A model generated the notes under the pieces. That model was given only the letters and a program-made list of their open reading frames with translations, made no database searches and was not told where the DNA came from. Shown here piece by piece: positions 54,773 through 64,000 of a DNA stretch of 64,000 nucleotides. Position 1 is the first letter of the stretch; each line of letters opens with the position of its first letter. A program made the position numbers and the translations under genes. Origin of the DNA: Sphaerodactylus townsendi (taxonomy: Eukaryota). The stretch lies in assembly GCF_021028975.2 (NCBI RefSeq), contig NC_059426.1, positions 98,270,001-98,334,000 of the forward strand. Direction: 5' to 3'.

Positions 54773-56093
54773 GTAGGATCTAGAAGTGATACTTTAATTT
54801 TCAGCTATCTTGCTTCAGAACGAGTAAGGAGGGGCACCAGCTTAAATTGTCTATTGGCACCAATACAAAACTTTGGCTATAAATAAAAAAGTTAAACTGT
54901 ACTGTTGAAAGTGAAGGTTAATTGGCATTACCATCTAAACTCCTCTTGGAACCTTCTCCAAGGAAGAAGCAAGCTCTTCTGTGTCAATATGATCATATCA
55001 GTCACATTTATCATATCAATCAAATGTTGTGCACAGAAGGGAGAAAAGCATCATAATGACATAGATTCCAAAAGCTGAAGCACAAAAAGGTCCTTCCATA
55101 TGTCCGCTGTGCACTCCCACACTTGCTAGAAGTGAATGTGAAAACTCTCTAAATGAGCTTGTGCCAGTCAATCTCTGTGTGCAAAATTAATCTAGAGAAG
55201 CATTTTGTGACATATAACAAAATGCTGGGCTCTTCTTACGTGTGAACCAGTCTTTGAATGGGATTAATCATGAGACTGTTGCTGTGATGTATATTAGTAC
55301 AGAAATATGTCATGTGGCAGAAGGCCAAGTTGCTTTATAAATATGAGCATAACAAATTTTAGAACACTTCTCAAAGCATGTACAAACACTAGCTTCTGCC
55401 AAAGGCTGTCAACGATCTTTCACAGTGTGTAAGCAAGATAAATGCTGATTCTAACCTTTGCCGACAGGTAAGGATGTAAACAAAAACTAAAGACAAATTT
55501 TCACAACCATTTGTGAACATTCTGTAGTTATCACAATTTTTCACCCATTGGATGCACTGGTCCAACATATGCACAACACATCCTGGAAAAAAACTGAAAA
55601 AGGAAATTGAAGCAGAACATTGCAACCTGGATATGTATTGAAATTGAAATGAGGGAAACATTACAACCTGGATATGTATGATGAACCGAACACCTGCTGC
55701 AGGAGTAAAGGTGGGACAGCCTCCAAAAGAAGTGGATGAAACAATTCAACCCAAAAAATCTTGTCCAGATGTTTTTTTCCTGTAACAGGAAGCAGATGGT
55801 TGTATTCTGACAACTCTTAGTACAGTGTAAAAATTCTACCATCATTTCTTCATCAGTAAGAGCTGTTGGTGAAGGCAGGAGATTCCCTCATTATGCCAGT
55901 AGAAAATCTATGAAACTCCTAAATAAGGTTCATTCCTCACATGCAGAATAATGCACTTTCAAACTGCTTTCAGTGCTCTTTGAAGCTGTCTTGGAATGGC
56001 AAAATCCACTTGCAAACAGTTGTGAAAGTGGTTTGGCGATGGCCCTGGCGTTGTGCAAAAGGAAGGGCCTAATGCCTATTTTGGAGGGCCAAC

Positions 56094-56208
56094 CAGTGGT
56101 GGGATTCAGTAGGTTTGCATCACTTCGGCAGAGCCGGTTGTTAAAATGGTGCTTGTAAACAATCCCACCACTGGAACCGGTTGTTAAATGATTTGAATCC
56201 CACCACTG
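56094..56208. mobile_element. Short hAT MITE
   Basis: CAGTGGTGGGATTC / GAATCCCACCACTG; TSD GGGCCAAC / GGCCCAAC. Confidence 0.85.
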
Positions 56209-56769
56209 GGCCCAACATTAGGTTGGGGAAAATTAGTTGCTTCTGCCGAGTAGCTTGTAGTCTCTCATTTAAAAAATCAATAATCTGTGCATGGCGAAGT
56301 TTCATAGCATATTTTATTTTGTTCATTTTATAGCCCACCTTTCTCACTGGGATTCAATGCTGATTACAGACTATAAAGCAAGGTAATCAGATGCACAAAC
56401 GAACCAATGAATGATGCAATTGGAGTAGGATTAAATAGTGACCAAACAATGCACATAATTAACTATCTAAGGCAAGGTATACTATAATCAGTATAGAAAG
56501 TGGATTGCAGGGTACAAGACAATGCAGTAAAAACAGTAATACCTGTATTAATATTCTCAGTGGACTACAATCCTATCCTCCTGTATTGTTCCACTGCAGT
56601 TTTCTTTAAAATGGTTACCTGAACATTTCTGTTTAGCATCCTCATTTTTAATGAATAATTGGGTCTGCTTATAGCCACTGCAAAATTGCCCAGAGGTGGC
56701 ACAGCAAATGTAGGTTCAGCTACATGCTGAGCACAGGGCAAAGTAATCACACTACAGTTTCACTTTTAC

Positions 56770-57297
56770 TAAATTTCATAAGGCTCCTCTCACATACATG
56801 CCCATTTCATCAGCCGTAATATATGGCCTAATCTCAGAAAACCACCTCAATGCATGGAAATTATATGCTAAATCTCATCCATGCCATGACTGAGACCACC
56901 AAGTAGATCAACTTCTTACCTCTCCAAGAGATATCGCGGCTGTGCCCTCAGCTATGCTTACAGTGGCATTTTTTTAAAAAAAATCTGATTCAGTGGAAGC
57001 TCAGAATGCTGAAGAGCTCATGAGAATAGATCCTTAGTTCTAACTGCATATGCGGAGCAAAATATTTCGACTTCAGTGATTTGTGAACTAAATGGACTGA
57101 CACTTCGTAGATAGAATCTGTATTGCTGGCCTAATGGCATGTACTAGAACATCTGCTGCAGGTTCCTGAAAATGACATTACCATTATCAAAAAAGAAGCT
57201 AGTAGTTAATTCATTCAGTGCTATTAACTATAAAACATCTATGGATGCGTTAAGAGCTTTTCATAAGCGCTTTCAGCCTCAGCAGTTCCCTTACTAA
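56770..57297 (+). pseudogene. Frameshifted ORF, possibly a cyclin C-terminal fold
   Basis: Joining frames by hand gives NYMLNL...SPRDIA.CALSYA...ICELNGLTL..IESV...LEHLLQ...SMDALRAFHKRFQPQQFPY*. Confidence 0.25.
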
Positions 57298-57366
57298 AAA
57301 ATGTGTTTTTTGTGATTTTGATTTTATTCAATGACACAAATTCTCTAACTTTTGAATGTCTCAATT

Positions 57367-58240
57367 TAAATGCACATAGATGAATCCCTCATCACACAAG
57401 AGGGGTAACCTTGATAATTCCAAACCGGGAATCCCTCGATTGTAAAGAGGGCTAGTTTTGGGCATCATGGTCATATCGCTATTAAGCGAACCATTTGCTT
57501 TCAAAGGCGAGTTCAAATAGTTTTGTATGAAATTAACAACATGCAAGTATGTGCCCTCTTGGACAGACCCTACTCCACACCCATTTTCTGTAAAGCAGTG
57601 GCATGCAGTGGGTTTGTCCTGCTTGCACTCAGTAGCACCACGATCACTTTAACAACACAGAATGGACTCACCCACATAGATTAAATTGATGACAGATGAA
57701 ATACACACCAAACAGTACATCAGCATGCAGCCAGCAAGCATACAAAGAAAGCCATATGTACCAGGAATACAGGCATTATGTGCATCATGTCTACATGACA
57801 TGGATTCAGTCTTGGTAGAAGACATCTTCATAAATATATCAGAAGTACGGCTTTTAGATAATGATGGATTCAACTGTTTAGTTCCTATTTTCTCTTTTTC
57901 TTAGTTTTTGCATTGGAGATTACCCAGACACAGAAGTTTTAAGCACACACTGTTTCATTGTAGATCTGGCATGTGTAAGTCGTCGCAGTATCACATCTGT
58001 TTGCACACGCCAAGCGAAATATGTCCCGACCCTTTTTGTGCACATTCCAGCCGTTGTTCCACGGTATTTTTCACCAATATTTCGATACTTGTGCAACTTT
58101 TGAGGAAGCATGGTTTCCCCACAATTTAGTGCCCTGAATTCTTGAAAACAAAAAAGTGGAAGCCGAAAGTGGATCAGAGGCTGACAGTGAGGGTTCATGG
58201 CGTGTGGCGGATTTGATCCATCCAATGGGAGTGTGACGAG
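57367..58240 (+). pseudogene. Three-exon protein kinase gene, frameshifted as assembled
   Basis: Kinase subdomains occur in order: GNPSIVKRA, IAIK (57475-57486), LYEI, CLHDM...DI..NI, IVDLG (about 57963), HIPA.LFHG..SD (about 58041), DQR. GT-AG introns at about 57547-57660 and 57846-57904. Confidence 0.7.
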
Positions 58241-58445
58241 GCGTTCTGGCTCTGGCGCACATTCCTTTTGTTCCTTTTGCATCTCACTTTCGACTTCCCC
58301 TGATACCCGTTACGATTCGTGTCGCCTTGCAGCTCGACCACGAGAATACGTGTGGCCCGTTGCATGGTGATATTGGCCCAGCCGCGGTGACTTCGTCAGC
58401 TCGTCTCCTGCCCGTTACGGCGGTACAGCGTTTGAATTCTTGTTA

Positions 58446-61250
58446 ATGGGATGGGAGGAAGCTCCGAGCACAAGCAATCGACGCCATTTGAGGTAAGGAG
58501 TCCGGGTATCATGGCGGCGGAGGAGGCGAAGGACCTCATTGCGTGTGGGGAAGAGGAAGTTCAGCGCTTCGCTGAAGTCCACCTACGCCTTGGACGTGTT
58601 TGAGAGGGTGGCAGTTCAAATGTGCGCGAAGGGGCACAACAGGGCGTCCGTTGAGTGCAGGGCCGAAGAGGCAAAGGCGAAAGGGACTTTAGGATACACC
58701 AGCTGGCAACAGCACTTCCGGGGTGGCCTAGGGCGTGGTACCTTCTGCCGAAGGCTTCGAGCAGATGTTGGGGGGGGGGACAGGGCGATCAACCCCGCGC
58801 ATCCCAGCTCCGAGGCGACAGAGTCGCGTCGTTACGCTTCTGCAGGCAGCGGCGAGGATTCCACCAGCGTTAGGAGCAGAACTTGAGACCATAGACCGCG
58901 AGACCCCTGCAGTTTCCACCCCATCCCCTACATCCCAGGGTGAGTTTTCCTGTACACTCTGCCTGATACCCCAGCAGGTGCAGCGCTTGCTCTGTTATTG
59001 CCTCTCTTGTGATGGGGCACTCCAGACTGTCACCGCTTCACTTCTAAGGTTAGTTTAAATATGGTCGCTCATGTCCCTGTTCTCTGTAAAGGTGTCTTGG
59101 ATATGCGAGAAGCATTGCTTTACATTCAGCTATGCGCTGTTGCACAGTGGTGTGGACTACAGGGTGAATCCTCAATTCCCTCTCTCCTCTTTGAAGTGAG
59201 CGACCTGCACGCAGCTACTGAACTGCGGCTTTTAGCCAGCAGTGTCTACCTCTGAAATCAGCAATTCTCAGAGGGGCGATGCCGCGCAGATCCCTATGCT
59301 GCGCCCAGATGAGTGGTGAGTTCATTGGCTGTTTAACCTGCTGGTGTAAGGCCATGCTGTGGTGTTCCCACGACATCCCTCCATCTGATCGCCAAAAGTG
59401 GGAATGGGTTAAGGACAGAGCTGTTCATGATGGAATTTTCCCAAAGCAGCGTACTTTCAATGGTTTCCTGCCAGGGGAAGCGATGCGGGAGCAATGTTCC
59501 CTCACAGGCTTGGTGGGCGGGTGCCACCTCAGCACACTCGGCATGCATGGCCTTAACCTTCAATGTGTGCCAGGGGTGTGGGCGGAATGGACCAGTCACA
59601 AAGAGCTGAAGTGGAACTTTGCCTATGCATCACTATGTGTCTTGTTGTGAGCAGAGGAGATGGACAGAGGAGTTCCACATCATGTTCCGCGACTTTGGCC
59701 TTGCTCTGCCAGCACTGAGATGTGTTTTGCTTTTGCAACATTTGCATCCTTCTCAGACATGCCAGTTTTGGTGTAGAGAATTGGGGGGTTCTGATTGCTG
59801 ACCTGTGTGCAAACCAGATCATTTTCGAAATGCTGGTGTAGGGCATTGTTTGAAGCAGTGGTCTTGGAGACTCTGGCCAGACATATGTTCACACGATGCG
59901 GCTCAGGGTAGCGGCCACCTTGCAAAGCTTGATGGTGGTTTCTGTCTGCCGTGGTGTACGCCAGGCATCTTGATGGCCGTGGCAGAAGACCCATGGTTTA
60001 CCGCCAACCACCGGGCAGTGTGTCCGCGCTTTTGGAAGAAATCATGTAGAGCCACCACAATAGGATGCCTCTTAGCCATTGCATCGTATTGGTGCTGCCG
60101 TGTCGCCTGCCAGGGTGGTGTGCTTATGCGATTGTGTGACCAAATGCCTGCGGCGCTCAGCACTCACAGCACAATCGTTAGTGATTAATCCAAAGGAAGA
60201 ACAGTGATGGCGACCTCATGTTCGCACCTCCTTCATGGCAGCTCTCTTTACCCAGGCCACCTCCTGCGTGACATGAATGATGTCATGACCATCCCTATTG
60301 CTGGGTGTTCGGTGCAAATGAAGGTGCGTTGAAACACAGGCCCCAACCCACCCGCCGCGATTTTGTGGTAGGGCACTCTGAGGCATCGGACAACCTCCAT
60401 TGCAGAACAGAAGACTGCCATGCCACGCAAAAGAGTGAGCTGCTCATTACTCGTGCCGTTCAGCTCTCACTGCTTGAGTCTCAAAGAAATGTGAATGCTA
60501 GGGTTCCTGATTCGCTTCTCTACTGCAAACCTGGGATGCCTATGCAGATCTGCTCATGTGCTCAACACAGAAGTGTGTCTCCCTCCATGCGAGACTAGGG
60601 TAGATGACAGTGGATTCATAAAGAAGTTCAGCCTTCCATAACCTGGCTATTAATTTTGCTTCTTCTCACAACAATGTCGCCACGGGCTCCACACCCATAC
60701 CCATGATGGAACTGACTTCACCAGGCGAGGAGAATGACTGCTGACAGGCGATGCGGCGTGTTAGTGCTAAGCTGACTTTGCGAAGGCCATGGTGGAGCAG
60801 GGGAGAGGTCGGGCAATGGAAGGGAGGCTTGAGGATGGGCGGGGAAAGGAGGTGGCGTCATTCATGCAAACGCCTGAAACAAAACAGCGAGCTGTCATCG
60901 CTGAGCTGGCCATCGTGGGAATGACATTATGCAGACCCTTGTAGCCAGCTGCTGCAGCGCATGGGCTCCTCAGGTGGCAGGGGTGCCGGGGGGGGTTTGT
61001 TAGGCCTCTGCTCCTGAGGTGCGCATCCACCTTGCCTGCCCCAAGCGTTTCAGCAGTGCCTGCCCACTTATTGCAATTGCTGGCCCAGCTGCAAATCTCG
61101 AGTAGAATCGCGGCAGGGTGACTTATCCGCACTCTGGCCGGACACCGGCGGAGTCCTGTGTGGTGCCCGCGGCGCCCCTCCCATCTGAGTTGAGGAGGCT
61201 CATGATGGTTGGGAGACCTCTGAGCTGTGCTGCACTCAGGTGGCTTATAA
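58446..61250 (+). pseudogene. Myb/SANT-like (trihelix) DNA-binding gene of PIF/Harbinger type, spliced, frameshifted
   Basis: SW..EEAKDLIA.WGEEEVQ...LDVFERVAVQMCAKGHNRASVECR; GTGAGT donors at 58940 and 59316; mini-exon 59262-59315; last exon from about 60670 with RRVS...AKAMVEQ. Confidence 0.8.
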
Positions 61251-61310
61251 GAATCACCTTAATGCACAAGCGAGTGAGGAAGCCCAGCCAGAATGGACCT
61301 GTGAGGACCT

Positions 61311-62163
61311 CCCCGTTATTTGTTGTCTGCCACCACCACGGGCAGCCCCTTCTATTACATGAGTTGGCAAGCGATTATTAGCGTTTAGGCGTGGTTTTAT
61401 TTGTTTTATATTTTAGAAAAGCGCTGCACATCCCTGCCTCTCTCTGGTAGGTTACTTAGGAGAGGATGGTCATGGAAGCAGACAATCCTCTGCTTTTGCA
61501 GAGATGTAACCAGCAAGCGACCCACCCACCGTTGTTTTTCTCTGTCTGCCACCACCACGGCAAAAAACCACCCCTGCTTTACATATAGGTTAGTGGTGTC
61601 GCGTTTAAGCATCAGAGTTCAATTTGTTTTATATTTTGTAAGCGTTACATGCCCTGTCCTCTCTAATTCGGTTGCCAGGAGAGGATGGTCGTAAACAGAC
61701 AATCTCTGGCACAGAGATGTAACCAACAAGCGACCCGCTTACCCGTTGTTTTCTCTGTCTGCTGCCACCACCACGGCCAAAACCGCACCCCTGCTTTACA
61801 TAGGTTAGTGGTGTGCATTTAACATCGAAGTTCAATTTGTTTATATTTTATAAAGCGTTACACATCTAAAGTCCTCTCACAATTCGGTTGCCAGGAAGGG
61901 ATAGTCATGAAAAGCAGACAATCCTCTGCTTTGCAGAGATGTAACCAACAAGCGACCCACCCCGTTGTTTCTCTGTCTGCCACCACCACGGCAAAAACCC
62001 ACCTGCTTTTACATAGGTTAGTGGTGTGGTTTGGCATCAGAGTTCAATTTGTTTTATATTTTTGTAAACGTTACACATGCCTGTGTCACTCTCTGGTCGG
62101 TTGCCAGGACAGGATGGTATGAAGCAGAAATCCTCTGCTTTGCAGGAGATGTAACCAATAGCG
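61311..62163. repeat. ~217-bp tandem array, about 4 copies
   Basis: Unit CCGTTGTTTTCTCTGTCTGCCACCACCACGG...GAGATGTAACCAACAAGCGACC starts at about 61311, 61528, 61742 and 61961. Confidence 0.95.
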
Positions 62164-62209
62164 ATAATAAGCCATGTGCCCAAGCATTTTGGCTGAAAAT
62201 TACAGTGCC

Positions 62210-63943
62210 TTTATTGTGTGAGTTAAGCAATGCATTAACAGTTAAGACAACTGGCGGGAGATGGAGTTAGGGGAGTTTGGAGCTTGTTTAAGCTGAATGC
62301 AGCGCCATGTGGTTTGCCTGCCTTCTCTGCAGCCCTCCGGCACTTTCCAGGAGCCTCTGGCGGCCCCCTTCCTCCTGTTCATCCCACTTCTCCAACCACA
62401 GCCAGCCTGCGCTCCAGATCCTTGTCTGAAGGTGTGGAAGATATATAACACAGTGAAAAATTTAGATGAGGCAAGCGGGGTCACCGGACACCACAGCTTA
62501 TCCCACATCTCCCCTTCAGAGCTTGCCAGTACATGACCATCCCGGCTCCATGAAAAATCTGCTGCCACAAGCGCTTCCCCAGTGCTTCCTGCTCACAGTT
62601 GTCCGTGACCATCTGTCTGAGTGCCAACTGCACGTGTTGTGGTTTTCTGATGCAGAAGCCTGCGTGGTCAGAGCCCCTCTGTGTCCCCAGACATTCCTTG
62701 GGAAACATGGAGAGATTGCAGAGCCAGTTAGCATTTTGAAGATGCTGGACACAACTCTCAGTAGTAACAAGGGCAGCGTTGGTATCAGCTGTACGTTCCC
62801 CAAAAGAACATGGCACTCTGTGACCGTGGAAGTACCCTCATCTCCACTGCACTGCACCTGGGTGGCCCCTGGCTCCTCTCCTCCTTGGTTTTGGTGGGGA
62901 GCCAGCTGCTCCCTGAAGAATAGGGGATGCATGGCTTTAAGCCAGATAGCAACATAAATCTAATTTTTAAAAAATTAGCCCCTCTCCCACATTCAACAGT
63001 GCTCCTCCTGTCAGTGTGTGCAGCGGAAATACTGTAACCTGCCTGGTTGTTAGGAAATACATTGCATGCATGTGTCAGGTAGCTGTTGGACAGTGGAATT
63101 TCATAAACTCTCCTCTCCCACCCTCCATTGAACTGCAGGCCAGCAGGCTCCCAATGAGCAGTGTTACCAAACTGCATGCAAGTTCCTATTTCTTAACTTA
63201 AGTTTGTAAAAGTTCTTTTCAGTTTTAAAGTTTGAGAAACTAGACTCCACACATCAACTTTCCTCAATTTCATGGCAATAACCTGCATGGTGGGGCAGAA
63301 GGAATATGGCGGCTCTTCAATGTGTGTCCGCTGTTGGTTAAAGTGTAACCTTTCTGCCGTTGATGGAAAACCTTTGGCAATGCAAGCTACAGGAGGAAGA
63401 AGCCTGAAACACTCACGTCACAATCTTGGCTCCCACCATGATTTCAATCGCTTTGCAGCTGGACTATAAGGCCAGACAGAGAGTGTATGCATGTCGCGGG
63501 AGAGATAAGCGAGCTCACATGCCTGCTTTAATTGGCATGAGTAGGGAAGTGGTAAGGGAAGAGCAGAAGAGTGTGCCCTCCGGCCCCTTCCTCTACACAG
63601 CATGCTCCAAAGGGCATCACATTCCCCTCTCCTTGCCCACCCTCAGAACTGCTTAGCAGGCGTGGCTGGATCAGAACCCACAGCCATTAAATGCTAGGGG
63701 GGTGGCCAAAGGTAAACACAGCAATTCCATTTTGGGCTTGTTCATGAGAACCTGAATTGAAAGGTAGGCTTCACATCACCAGCTGCACAGTTGGGAGGGG
63801 TGCACCGGCCCGAGGAGTGGTCTGGCTCTGGCTGTTACCCTCCAAAGCCACCGCTGCTGAGTGTTCATTGCTGCAGTTTGCTTTCCGTTCGCAATCCACT
63901 CCTCTAAGCGTTGTGCTCCAAGCGGGCCCATTGCCGCCGTGCT
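62210..63943 (-). pseudogene. Convergent spliced gene, 3' exons (charged / coiled-coil-like); continues beyond the window
   Basis: Minus-strand acceptors before 63943, 63463 and 62425; GTGAGT donor after 63417; last exon DKDLERRLAVV...; AATAAA at 62210-62215. Confidence 0.45.
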
Positions 63944-64000
63944 CTGTAACACTAAAGTGAAGTCACTACTCCACCACAGCTAAACTCAAAAAAAAATCTC

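Noticed and set aside
57920-58282. Minus-strand ORF initially read as a second Myb domain
   Set aside because: The plus strand explains the region better, with ordered kinase motifs and matching splice sites.
61311-62163. Possible CRISPR-like array
   Set aside because: Whole units are repeated with no unique spacers, and the context is eukaryotic.

Overview
Eukaryotic (vertebrate) genomic DNA. The repeat content (CR1, L2, L1, RTE and RTE-X LINEs, Sauria-type and tRNA-derived SINEs, GGCC-ended palindromic MITEs) points to a squamate, probably a gecko; this is inference. Most of the window is a nested mosaic of transposable elements, several with clear target-site duplications (TSDs). No intact, identifiable host gene was found; there are only candidate exons, a candidate IRF/NF-kB promoter and a 3'UTR-like stretch. 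The most unusual part is about 56.8-64 kb. It is a tightly packed, CpG-retaining, frameshift-riddled gene cluster: a possible cyclin-fold ORF, a three-exon protein kinase, a PIF/Harbinger-type Myb/SANT gene, a ~217-bp tandem array and a convergent spliced gene. This suggests a large Harbinger-like transposon carrying kinase cargo, although its transposase and termini are not visible here. An RTE-X LINE flanked by a ~190-bp TSD also stands out. All protein and family assignments were made by eye from motifs, without database searches.
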